Shown: piece after piece, positions 1-12,534 of the stretch
How positions within the stretch are numbered: the first letter of the stretch is position 1
How the letters are laid out: each line of letters opens with the position of its first letter
Source: Octopus bimaculoides
Lineage: Eukaryota
DNA: 64,000 nucleotides
NCBI RefSeq assembly: GCF_001194135.2
Contig: NC_069003.1
Location: forward strand, 13,444,809 to 13,508,808
Direction: 5' to 3'
Notes under the pieces: generated by a model
What the model was told of the DNA's origin: nothing
Seen by the model: the letters and a program-made list of their open reading frames with translations, nothing else
The model's database searches: none
Position numbers and translations under genes: made by a program

Positions 1-132
1 TCTCCCTCTCTCTTCTCCCTCTCTCTCTCTCTCTCCCTCTCTCTTCTCCCTCTCTCTCTCTCTCTCTCCCTCTCTTGCCTATTCTCTCTTTCAGATCTCC
101 CCTCCCCTTCCTCTCCTACTCTGTCTCTTCTG

Positions 133-166
<34 letters not shown>

Positions 167-1480
167 TTTCTCCTATCTTCTCTTTCTACTCCTGCTTTTT
201 CATATTCCTCTTGCTTTTTTCTTCTTCTCCACCCCTCTCTCTTTTCCCATCTTTCCACGCAATCCTCTTTCTTCTACCGTCTCTCTCTTTCTGTCTTCTA
301 ATTTTTCTCTCCCATCCTCCTTACTTCACGCCGACTCTCCCTCGCCACCTCCTATCAGTTTGGTAATTTCACTGTCTCTCATCACTTGATGTTCATCATA
401 CAACAAATGCCAGCTGCTGACCAACCAACCAACCAACCAACCAACGATTGGTCCTGGAATTAGCAGATATTTTAATTTAGATTTATTTAGCTGAAGTGGC
501 AGTGGTTAACGAAGCAGGCGGCAGGATTTTTTCATAAAAATTGGTAAAACATTAGAATGCTTGTGTGGCACTGAGTAGAGATGGGTTCCGATAATCTGAG
601 CAACTCACCCCACCCCCCTCTCTCTCTCAATCTCAAGGAAATGAAAGACATGGAGAAATTGCAATATATGGCTAAGGGTCTGGAGAAAATTATAAATGTA
701 GCCTGTGTTGGTAAAATAATAATAATAATAACGGTTTCAAATTCTGAACCCAGAACCATGTAGTTGGGATGCATGCTTCTTACTACACAGCCAGGTAGGC
801 AGATAGGGTAAAATCCCAGCTGCTTCCTCTTGCAGCACTTCTGCTTATTCCATTATTACAATCCAACATGTCCTTACTGTCCTTTTATATATCTTGGTGA
901 CAGGTCTCTGATATTAAGTAAAACTGCATACCATAAGTTAAACACTTATGGTATGCAATTTAGTATCACCAGTTCACTGAAGCCATTAGATTTGATGTGT
1001 ATATAAACAGATTGGTTGCTCCCCCCCCACCTGGGGTTGCTCAAATGATGGGGTCACTTCTGATGAGACCCCAATAAGAGTCAAAAATTGATTACAAAAA
1101 ATGTTTATTGTTTATTTCAATCTAAGGAGGAATATGTTAATTTGTCATGTTTGTATTCCTACTATGTAGGTTTACATATGTGTGTGTGTGTGTGTGGCGT
1201 TAGGAAGGGCATCCAGCTGTAGAAACTCTGCCAAATTAGATTGGAGCCTGGTGTAGCCATCCGGTTGCACCAGTCCTCAGTCAAATCGTCCAACCCATGC
1301 TAGCATGGAAAGCGGACATTAAACGATGATGATGATATATTACAGAGATGTACTTGCATAGTAAGTGACCTGATATGAGATCGCGTGCTGGAACGAAAAC
1401 ATTTGCAGCGTGGAACGTGTTTATAAGCCATTTAAGAAACACACAAAAACCGTTAGATTCACTTCAACATTTAAATTTAA

Positions 1481-1532
1481 TTTGCCAAAATATTTTCATC
1501 GCTTTGAGACCGCGACCTGATCACTGACAAAA
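1481..1532 (-). ncRNA. Candidate minimal type I hammerhead with G3/C8 core variant
   Basis: Minus strand: TTTGTCA | GTGATCA | G | GTCGC-GGTCTCAAA-GCGAT | GAAA | ATATTT | TGGCAAA. Confidence 0.45.
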
Positions 1533-2138
1533 TTCTGTGCTGAATTTTGTCANNNNNNNNNNNNNNNNNNNNNNNNNNNNNNNNNNNNNNNNNNNNNNNN
1601 NNNNNNNNNNNNNNNNNNNNNNNNNNNNNNNNNNNNNNNNNNNNNNNNNNNNNNNNNNNNNNNNNNNNNNNNNNNNNNNNNNNNNNNNNNNNNNNNNNNN
1701 NNNNNNNNNNNNNNNNNNNNNNNNNNNNNNNNNNNNNNNNNNNNNNNNNNNNNNNNNNNNNNNNNNNNNNNNNNNNNNNNNNNNNNNNNNNNNNNNNNNN
1801 NNNNNNNNNNNNNNNNNNNNNNNNNNNNNNNNNNNNNNNNNNNNNNNNNNNNNNNNNNNNNNNNNNNNNNNNNNNNNNNNNNNNNNNNNNNNNNNNNNNN
1901 NNNNNNNNNNNNNNNNNNNNNNNNNNNNNNNNNNNNNNNNNNNNNNNNNNNNNNNNNNNNNNNNNNNNNNNNNNNNNNNNNNNNNNNNNNNNNNNNNNNN
2001 NNNNNNNNNNNNNNNNNNNNNNNNNNNNNNNNNNNNNNNNNNNNNNNNNNNNNNNNNNNNNNNNNNNNNNNNNNNNNNNNNNNNNNNNNNNNNNNNNNNN
2101 NNNNNNNNNNNNNNNNNNNNNNNNNNNNNNNNNNNNNN

Positions 2139-2839
2139 CTGTACTACTTGACATTCACACCAGAATCTCCAGTACAAGTATTTCAGAGTGTTTGGGTGTC
2201 AATCTGAAGATATGTACCGAGAGTAATAAAAATCAAGCATCTAGTTAATATCATGGTGTTTGGAGTGATCACTAGTGATGGCAACATTAAGCCTCCATTC
2301 ATCTTCCCACATGGCCTCAGATTCAATACGGAGGCCTTTATCAAGTGTCTGGAGGAGGTAGTGCTGCCATGGATCAAGAGGGTGGCTGCTGGAGGACCCT
2401 ATGTCTGGCAACAGGACTCTGCACCATGCCACACAAGCAGGAGAACCCAGTCATGGTTGTCAGACGATTTCTGCGACCATATCACCCCTAACATCTGGCC
2501 ACCTAACTCTCCAAACTGCAGCCCCCTTGATTATTATGTGTGGGGCGCAGTTGAGCGAGAGACCAACAAAACTCCTTGTAACACCAAAGATGAACTGAAG
2601 GCAAGAATTATGGCAACATTCACCAACTTAAAATAAGGTGACAGTCCAAAAGAATTGCAGGAGATTCCAAAGTTGTCTGGAGGCTGTGGTTGAGGCCAAT
2701 GGCGATTTTATTGAATAAATTTACTCTTTAGTATTTCAAAATATTTTTATGTAATTTTGGTAAATATATGTTAAAATGTGAGGACAGTGTTATTTTCATT
2801 TTTGCGTAATTTAAACAACAGTTTATTCACTGCACCCTG
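2139..2839 (+). mobile_element. Tc1/mariner superfamily, DD37D (maT-type) transposon, 3' part with frameshifted transposase
   Basis: ORF 2253-2636 has VMVFG-like, WQQDSAPCH and WPPNSP..SPLDY motifs with 37 residues between the last two catalytic Asp. A 1-nt frameshift continues to ...EAVVEANGDFIE* (2718). The element ends CACCCTG followed by TA (2840-2841). The 5' end is in the gap. Confidence 0.9.
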
Positions 2840-3041
2840 TATATATACTTATATGTGTGTGTGTATAGTTATATGTATATGTATAACTTTACAGCTAATT
2901 GAAATTATATAAGTGACTCATAGACCAAGAGTTCCACTGCATAGCACTTACGAAATGTTTATGTTTACGTGTGTGTGTGTGTGTATATATATATACACAC
3001 ATACATACATATATATATATACATACATTCATATATATACA

Positions 3042-3106
<65 letters not shown>

Positions 3107-3110
3107 AAGA

Positions 3111-3153
<43 letters not shown>

Positions 3154-5139
3154 CACATCTTGAAAGGATAATGAGTTAAACAAAGAAATTAGACGAGAAC
3201 TAGAACATAATGATGCATTAAGGCAGATTAGCATTAAAGGATTAAGATAAACACTAAATCTGTTACATTTAATGGAATATAATTGTCCTGGTTCACTTGA
3301 AGAAAGTTTGTTTGTGCGTACACACACACACACACACTCAGTATGTATGTTTGTGTGTTTATAAAGTGCCCATTAAAGTGCAAGTCATGTAACCATGGAG
3401 TTAGAACTCCATATGTTCCAGAACTCTTCAAAATAAGATTCTTTCGAAGCAGATTCGGTGTTGTTACAGTGAAATTTTCTTTCCAGTCCTATTTTCTTTG
3501 TGCAAGTGTGTGTATACATATCTATATGTATACACACACACACATGCATATCTTGTTTGTGTGTGTGCGTGTGTGTGTGTGTGCGTGTGTGCGTGTGTGT
3601 GTGTGCGTGTGTGTGTGTGTGCGTGTGTGTGTGCATGTCTATATGTACACACACACACACACATATATTACATACTTGCACATCTATACATATACATACA
3701 TATGTGTGTATATACACATACACACATACATACCATATATTGCATACACAGACACACACACTTGCATTAGAATCATTCCACATACACTCTACCTGCAATA
3801 TTTTTTTGACCACTTAATCAGGAGGAAGCATTTTGCCTCCGCATGGTCCTTTGCAGGGCCTCTATTTACTACTGTTCTAGGAAGTAACACTATATCCTCA
3901 AGCCATGAAACTATGGAGTTGCTAAAGGGGGGCACAAAGTGCCTGGTGGTAGTGTTTAAATCAAGTGTCGGATTAAGTCTACTGCAGCAGAATTTGAACT
4001 CAAAACACAAAGAGCTGGATCAAATACCACAAAGCATGTATGAGTTTGTTGCCCTTGACTGGTTTTTGCATCACTTTTTGACCTCAGAAAAAAGGAAGGG
4101 GAAATGTTGACTTTGGTAAGATTTGAACTCAGTGCAGGCATGGCAGTGGGATTAAGAGTTTATTTGGTTCCAAGTTCGGTCCTACTGCATGGCCCCTTGG
4201 GAAAGTGTCTTCTATGCTCCTTGGCTGTCCAAAGCATTGTTGCTGGATTTGGTGGATGGAAACTGAAAGAAGCACATTGTGTGTGTGTCTGTCTCCTTGT
4301 CTTGACATTGCGTTATAATTGTGAGTCATATAAGCAGTGTCATTCATTTCCAGTATTCTACATGAACATGCCTGGCCATGGGGAAATATTACCTTGCTTG
4401 GAGACAAGAGAGGGTTGGTAACAAGAAGGGCACTTGGCCATAGTAAATCTGCCTCTAATTGGCTCAAATGAACTCCTTCCGATTCATGCAAGCATGGAAA
4501 AGTGGACATTAAATGATGATGATGATGATGACGACAACCATTATGATGATGATGATGAATACAAAGAGCTGGCATAAGTAGCACAAATAATTTTATCCGA
4601 TGCTCAACCAACTCTTCTAGTTTTCACCTCGTAAACAGGCACTGTTTGGAGGTGCAGTGTTATAAAAAGTGGGATGTCGTTAGACAACGTTGTCATGGAG
4701 ACAGAGCTGTGTGATAAAGTTGGAGTGGTCATAGCTAGAATGACTTCTTTGATTATTGTGTCTACTCACTTGGTTAGGGCTGACTTAGCGGGTGCTAACT
4801 CAACAACCACAACCCACCAAATACCCTGACTTCTACCTCCTCTACCAGCCACATATCACTTCGTACCCCCACCACCACCACATTACTATCACTACTTTAC
4901 ATAAACATATATCATCCCCACTACTACCACCACCACCACAACCATACATCACTTAGTAGTAGTAGTAGTAGTAGTAGTAAAGTGCGGTAAACAGCTGCAG
5001 TTGTAACCATTGGTGTTTAGTTATGTCTGTCTGCGATGGAATTTTAGCCTCGTATTTTAATTAGATTATCAATAGTTTTAAGTATATATGTGTTAAACCC
5101 TTCTCTCTCTCTTCTCTCTCCCTCTCTCTCCTCTCTCCC

Positions 5140-5174
<35 letters not shown>

Positions 5175-5356
5175 AACTAGTGAGTCAGTCAAGCAGTGGT
5201 TATGGCTAATCTTCTGATTTCCTGAGATTAACCCAGACATTGCTATTAAAATAAATCGGAAATTGCTCACCACTGTTGTTGGGTCTCCCACTGAGACTAC
5301 TGATGGTTGTTGTTGCTACACTCACTCTCTCACTCACACACTCATTCATTTGCATG

Positions 5357-5402
<46 letters not shown>

Positions 5403-5574
5403 CATTCACTCACACATTAACTTACTTGACTCACACTCATTTATACAGTCATTCATACGCTCATTCACACTCACTCTCACTTATCCATACCATCACTCAT
5501 CCTCAAACTCATTCATTTGCCTTCCCCCACCATCTGTTTATTATATATATTCACTCATGGTTATCAGCAACCAT

Positions 5575-5955
5575 GCAGTTGAGGGCCGGTAAGTAGCATG
5601 CTTACCAACCACATGGTTCCGGGTTCAGTCCCACTGCGTGGCACCTTGGGCAAGTGTCTTCTACTATAGCCTCGGGCCAACCAAAGCCTTGTGAGTGGAT
5701 TTGGTAGACGGAAACTGAAAGAAGCCCATCGTATATATATATGCATGTGTGTTTGTGTGTCTGTGTTTGTCCCCCCACCATCACTTGACAACCGATGCTG
5801 GTGTGTTTACGTCCCCGTAACTTAGCGGTTCGGTAAAAAGAGACCAATAGAATAAGTACTAGGCTTACAAAGAACAAGTCCTGGGGTCGATTTTCTCTAC
5901 TAAAGGCGGTGCTCCAGCATGGCCGCAGTCAAATGACTGAAACAAGTAAAAGAGT
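5575..5955 (+). mobile_element. tRNA-derived SINE family A, representative copy (5' head slightly truncated)
   Basis: B-box-like GGTTCAGTCCC, internal (TA)n/(TG)n tract, 3' AAAAGAG tail; many similar copies across the window. Confidence 0.85.
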
Positions 5956-6324
5956 ATAATGGAGAAAGATGCCTGTTAATTACTTTGAATTATGTAACTT
6001 CTACTAAATGAAAGCAATGGTTAAAGTCTCCACTGTGCAGAAAATTCTTTTAAGTTCCAATTTTTTTTTTTTTTATCAAAATGTAGATTTCAAGATTCTT
6101 TTAAACTAGACATTTAATATTAATTCACTGCAAGCATTTTTTAATGTCTTACTGCCTTCTCTCTTTTTCCAGCTCTTCTTTGTTTATACATTTTCAATAG
6201 TTAATTCTTTTGCTGAAACCTGCACTGTTCATGTTATCATATGTCAAATGATAAACAGGAATAAAAAAAAGAAATATTGTTTCCCATCTGTACATCTCTG
6301 GTTGTGTATTTATGTAGGTTATTA

Positions 6325-6760
6325 ATATCAAATCATCATCACCATTTAATATCCGTTCTCCATGCTGACATGGGTTGGATGTTTGACAGGAGCTGGCCAG
6401 CTGAAGAGCTGCCTGGGCTCCATGTCTGTTTTGGCATGGTTTCTATGGCTGGATGCCTTTCCTAATGCCAACCACTTTACAGAGTGTACTGGGCACATTA
6501 ACACAGTCCCAGCATAGGTGCTTTTTATGTGGCACCAACACCCACAAGCCTGCAAGATTAGGATCACTCAGCTGAAGAAGGATACCTCTATGCAATGACA
6601 ACCATGATTTCACTTAGCGTGTGTCTTCTCAAGTACAGGAAACTGCCAGAAGTCTCAGACCCTTGTTATCGTCCCTCTGAGGCCCAACATCTGAAGATCC
6701 TTTCTCACCACTTTGTCTCATGTCTTCCTGGGTCTACCCCTTCCACAAGTTCCCTCTGTC
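6325..6760 (-). mobile_element. RTE LINE 3' fragment; similar copy at ~11310-11710(-)
   Basis: Reverse strand reads RGRPRKT*DKVVRKDLQMLGL, then the same 3' UTR and (GAT)n tail. Confidence 0.8.
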
Positions 6761-8413
6761 AACTGGAAAGAAATAAGTTATACAATCACATGTGTTAGGA
6801 CTAATAGTAAGTCTTTCAATGCAGTTTCTTCCAGTACTGCCCTGATATTTTTATGATGTCTTTAAATAACACTTCAAACATCAGAGATTCTGAGTCTGCA
6901 ATTTTAAAAAAATAAAAACATATTATACAAAACAAAATATTTTAACACACATATGCTTTAGCTCTTAAGCCAGCAATATCTGGCCAAAATATTCTTCCTA
7001 TTTTATGTTCTAGCTGACCAGATCTGGCCTCTCACACTTACCCAACAATCACATCCTAAAAATATACGATCACATTGTGGAAATCTCAAAGCCATGAGAT
7101 TATACATGAGTAATACAAAAGATGTCATCATTGTTGTCATAATCATCATTATCATCACCATCATCATCTTTATTATTTAACATCCGGTTTCTTTGCTGGC
7201 ATGGGTTGGTTGATTTGACAGGAACTGGCATGGCCTGGAGCCACACTGTTTACCACCTCACCACTCCATCACCCCTTATTGATTTAGTGATAAAAATAAA
7301 TATAAATATAGCTAATGTTGTGACTTGAACCGTTTCTTTTTATCTAATGGTGCACTGGTTAAAAATGTGATCTTAGTCCTCACTTTATCTGATGGTGAAA
7401 ATCAAGGTCAGTGTCTTGTAGAGCCCTGTTGCTTGTATTGCTGTTATTTTCTAGTCCAAGGTTGGCAGTCTTGGCTATGGGAAGAGGTCATAAAAACCTG
7501 CTATCAGTTTACATCATCATTATCACCATCATTATCATATTAACTTTCTCATTCTTGCATGGGGCAGACAGATTTTCTAAGGCTGGATGCCATTACTGTC
7601 ACCAACCCTCACCTGTTTCCAAGTATGGTAATATTTCTCCATGGGCAGATATATTTTCATTGAAGACAGGAAATGAAGGATACCACATCCATGTGATGTC
7701 AAGGCAAGGAAACAGTGCATACACACACACATGCACACACTCACACACACACACATATACACACTCACACATACAATGAGCTTCTTTCAGTTTCCATCTA
7801 CCAAATCCACCCACAAGGTTTTGTTTAGCCTGGAGATACAGTAGAAGACACTAGGCCAAGGTTCCACATACTGAGACTGAACCCAGAACCATGTGGCTGG
7901 GAAACAAACCTCATACCACACAGCTATGCCTGCACTTACATTCATTATCATCATTTTAACAACCACTTCTTTTTTGTGGCACCAGCATTAGTGAGGTTGC
8001 CATCACAGCCTGCAGGACTACAAACCTCAAGAGAGGTGGCTTTTTTTTTGCTAGGTGATGAGAGAAAGGAGGCCAGAGCAGAACAGGTTTCTTTCTGTTG
8101 GAAGGTCTACATAACTGTGGCTACTTGTATTTTTTATTAGAAGAGAATGTGTGGTGTGGTGGAGTGGGGTGGATGTGGTGATAGGGTTGGAGCTGAGAGG
8201 AGATAAAACTAGTAGCCATGAAGTGTCTGGTTGGACATACATGATATGAAGTGAATGGGGGATGGAAGATAGGGAATGGGTGAGGAGTTGAGTAGAATGA
8301 ATGAAGGACAAGTATTGAAGGATAAAGAGAAAGTGAGAGAGAGAGAGAAAGAACTATGCACTAAATGAAACTGAATCTGCTGGCTTTATGCTCTCTCTCT
8401 CTCTATCTCTCTC

Positions 8414-8538
<125 letters not shown>

Positions 8539-9364
8539 TTTTCTGTCTCTCTCCCGACCATACTTTATTATGTAGGTCAGATGTAACCTTGATTTTCAAC
8601 ATCAACACATCCTGCTTCCTATTGGGTCATTCTTTTTGATCTTTTCCCCATTTGATTACACTAAAGCCCCTTACTGCTTTAATTAATTACCCCCCATGCA
8701 CTCTTCCCCCCTCTCTCTCACCCTCTCTCTATCTCCCCCCTCAAAAAAAACAAATAAAGAAAAGAAACATTACTGTATAACAATCATATCATTGAAATCC
8801 CAATCCTCAAAGCTCCAAAGAGATAATGCAAGATTAATTCAAAACATTTTGAATAAAACATCCTCCTCTTCTGGCTGAGCTTGCTCAGACATTTTTAACC
8901 TGCACTCACCATCCATCTTGGTCCTAGATCTCCAGGGAGGCATCCAATGTCTCTGGTGAGTTGATCTGCATATAAATAAATAAGCATTACATTTGAGAGA
9001 GTAATCTGAATGCAGAAGGATTAAAGGTACCCCAGGACCAGATGGTGGTGTTTAGCTATGTTGTGTGTTAACCCTTTTGTGACACAGCGTTTTGGTAAGT
9101 GTAGTCAAAAAGACCCAAATGTTTTTTTTTTCTGCTGAGATTGAAATTAATGGGTGCATGTAGAAAACAAAGGATTAAGTACTGGAAACTATTTTATCTA
9201 CTGAAAGATGATCTCTGATTGGCTATTACTCTTCAAAATGTTTGTTTCATTAGGCCAATGGATCGGCTTCAATGTCCTTTCAGCTTGTGTCACTTAGGCC
9301 AATCAGTTGGCCCAGATGTCCCAAGAGGGTTTAGCAAGCTTAACCCTCTTGGGAGCCGGACAAT

Positions 9365-9588
9365 ATAACCCTTTAGCAGTTAAACCAGTTATATGCAGCC
9401 CAAATATTCTATTTGTTTTATGTTCAAACTGGCCAGTTTTGGCTTCGCACACTTACCCTACAATATCATTCTAAAAATATATAAATCACATCATTGAAAT
9501 TTCAACACGATAATACAAAATTAATTCAAAACAGTGTGAATAAATAAGCATTACATTTGACAGAGTAATCGGAATGCAGAAGGGCTAC
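9365..9588. mobile_element. Putative piggyBac-type MITE (TTAA-CCCT...AGGG ends, decayed)
   Basis: Starts aTAA CCCTTTAGCA and ends TGCAGAAGGG; related fragments near 6960-7120, 8780-9025 and 54940-55010. Confidence 0.45.
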
Positions 9589-12005
9589 AGGTATCCCAAG
9601 GACCAGGTAGTGGTCTTTAGCTATGTTGTGTGTTAAGCTTGCTGTCCATCATTTCTGGCTGGAGCTGACCAACATATAAAGATGATGCCTGTCTCTCTCT
9701 TCTTGAGGTATTATGTTGCTTTCTTTCAGAGAAAGGTGATGGTAATGTTGAAGTGTTATGGTGTTTAGTGTCAGGTCAGCCCTGAGTGTATATAGACTTG
9801 TGATCAAAGACATTCTGATTATAACCACCATGTCTTCTTCTAGACACAATGCATTTACAATATTATACAATGTAGTCTTGCCTTTTTTTGTTCTCAAACA
9901 TCCGGTTTCCTTGCTGGCATGGGTTGGTTTGTTGGTTTGACAGGAGCTGGCAAGGCCAGGAGCCACACTGTTTACCACCTCACCACCCCACCACCCTTTA
10001 TTGATTTAGTGATTTGAGGAAGATTTGGCTGGTATTTCTAGAAGGTTGAGTGATCATATATATAGGTCCCTCCCTCTAACTCATGCTATTGTTGTCTAAC
10101 CTCAAATCAGCTCTGATCAAAGAAATTCAGTTACTATTACTAGCAAGTCAGTCGACTACATAGAAGCGCCCTCAGTTGGTGGTGGTGGTGTTGTAACTGT
10201 TGTTTAACCCTCGGTTAGTCCTGATCCACACTTGACCATCCTGTCTGTCTGTATAACAACGAACACCTTGGCTGATGCCTCCTTTTATTTCTTGAACTTT
10301 TTAACTGCAAAATTAAATTTCATGGATATTCCACATATTCTTCAGCAAAAGCTAGATTTGGTATATAAATCTGATTTCCACAGTTACGGTAATGAAATTT
10401 CGAGAGGATATATCTTATTTCCTCAGTAAAAGGGTTAAGACAAGTAAGGTGTGATTTGAGGAAGACTTGGCTGTTGTTTTTATGGTAGTTGTCAAAGCAT
10501 CACAACCAGCCAGCAACTTACCTACCTTTTTCCACTTTAGCACATATACACACCATGCCCTGCTCCCCTCCTGGGGCAGCAGAAATAAATATCCTAACAA
10601 CAGTAACAACATCAGTCAGTGATGGGATGGCAGACCCAGAATCTTTAAGTAAACAATTACTGATTCATGGAGTACATATGTTAATGTGAAATCCCCCCCC
10701 CCCCACACTTACACACACATGCACCCCAAAAAATAACAACATGGCTGCTGTGTCTATAATTACTGAAGGCAGGGTGGGGTGGGATACTCCTCCATTAACC
10801 ACCACCACCATTTGTCATCACTCCTACCACTACCACAATCATCACTATCATCACCATCATCATGAGTAGTAGCTGTTTGTTTAGGATTCTTTTTTGTGTA
10901 AGATCAGGTTTAAATTAATTTCTGTACCCCCACCCCCCACCCCCAACACACACACACACCAGAAAAAAAAATTGTTATGTCTGGTTAGCAGGTTAAGACC
11001 AGGAGTGGGGATATGTCTCATGACAAGTCTGTCTGGAGTTTTGGCATAGGGCTTGGGAGAAGGAGAGACATCAGTTAACCCTTTGCCTGTCTTGTGTATT
11101 ACTACATGTGATCTACAGAATGGTATTTCCCTGACGTCCATGCCTCATATCTCATACATGTTCCCAATTTCTTTTTTTCAACCACCAGAGTGACTTGCGA
11201 CATAAGAAAAGGAAAGCTTTATATTACACAGAATTTATGATTCAAAGGCTAGTGTGTGTGTGGTGCATTATATGTGATTCACAGGACACTTGCCTAAAAT
11301 CTAAGGTATCATTATCATCAATGTCCATTTTCCATGCTGGCATAGGTTGGATGGTTTGACAGGAGCTGGCCAGCTGAAGAGCTGCTTGGGCTACATGTCT
11401 GTGTTGGCATGGTTTCAATGGCTGGATGCCCTTCCTAACACCAACCACTTTACAGAGTGTGCATGAGTGTGTTTACATGACACCAGTATGGGTGCTTTTT
11501 ATGTGACACCAGCACCCACAAGCCTGCAAGGTTAGGAATGCCCAGCTGGAGAGGGATGCAGGGAACAGCTTATATGCAAGGACAACCACACTTTCACTTA
11601 GCTTGGTATGTCTTTTCAAGCACAACAAACCACCAGGAACTTTGGTCCCCTGTCATCCCTTTTGTGAGTCCCAACGCCTGTAAATCCTTTCTCACCACTT
11701 CGTCCCACTCAAAAGTTAAAATATATTACCCACTAACTAAAACTAAATCATGATACAAAAGATTATCCTAATCCTAACCCTTGTGTATTATCACGTGATA
11801 AACAGGACATATTTCCCCAGCATCCATGCGTCATATCTGATACACATTTTTTCAAACCACCAGACTAACTTGGGTTTAATGAAAGGGACGCTCGTATTAC
11901 TCTGAATGTACAATATAGAGAAGCTAAAAGTTTGAAAACAAGCAGGGACATTTAGGGCAAACTTATGAAATGGTTTGGAAAAGGAGAGGGTTTTAAGGAA
12001 GGAGG

Positions 12006-12267
12006 CAGTGGTTCTCAATCATTTTTTGCTTATGGACCACCTGTGATTTCTGTTTTACTTGGGTGGACCCCATAACCATTTGATGTTTGAAAAAATTCTA
12101 TTATATTTCTATAATTAAATATTATTAAAAATTATGTAAAAAATTGCTAAAAATATTTTGTGTATTGTAGAGGTATAACCAGTTTATCGGACATAAATTT
12201 TAACAACAAAATTTTATGTGGACCCCTCCTCCTCATGGGCCATATGGACCCCAGTTGAGAACCACTG
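12006..12267. mobile_element. hAT (Charlie-like) MITE
   Basis: Perfect 13-bp TIR CAGTGGTTCTCAA / TTGAGAACCACTG; no 8-bp TSD retained; interior related to the copies at 27225 and 43694. Confidence 0.8.
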
Positions 12268-12334
12268 CTCAAAGATCTCTTTCTTCCTCCATCCTCTATA
12301 TCAATATGTGTGTGTGTGTATCTGTGTGCTTATA

Positions 12335-12365
<31 letters not shown>

Positions 12366-12431
12366 GTTTGTGTGGTGGGGGCAGCAGTATAAGAAATTAA
12401 AATAATGAGGGAATAAGAAATGATGTTATGA

Positions 12432-12533
12432 ACTTCATTAGGTTACAGTTATTTCTGCTGTAAGATGCACTGCACTCATAGTTGAGCACTTGCGCATTAT
12501 CCTGTAGCATCATCAGAGCTTTAAAAATGAAGT
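12432..12533 (-). ncRNA. Candidate type I hammerhead ribozyme with long stem II
   Basis: Minus strand: ACTTCATT-TTTAA-AGCT | CTGATGA | TGCT...AGCA | GAAA | TAACT GTA | ACCT-AATGAAGT. Canonical core, 8-bp distal stem I, GUA triplet. Confidence 0.65.
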
Positions 12534-12534
12534 G

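Noticed and set aside
2895-3817. Many ORFs of YIYI, CVCV, HTHT, SLSL type here and throughout the window
   Set aside because: They are translations of dinucleotide microsatellites, or ORFs that run through N-gaps; no coding signal.
3343-4110. 255-aa ORF with a non-repetitive tail
   Set aside because: The middle is microsatellite and the tail overlaps decayed SINE fragments (GAATTTGAACTC).
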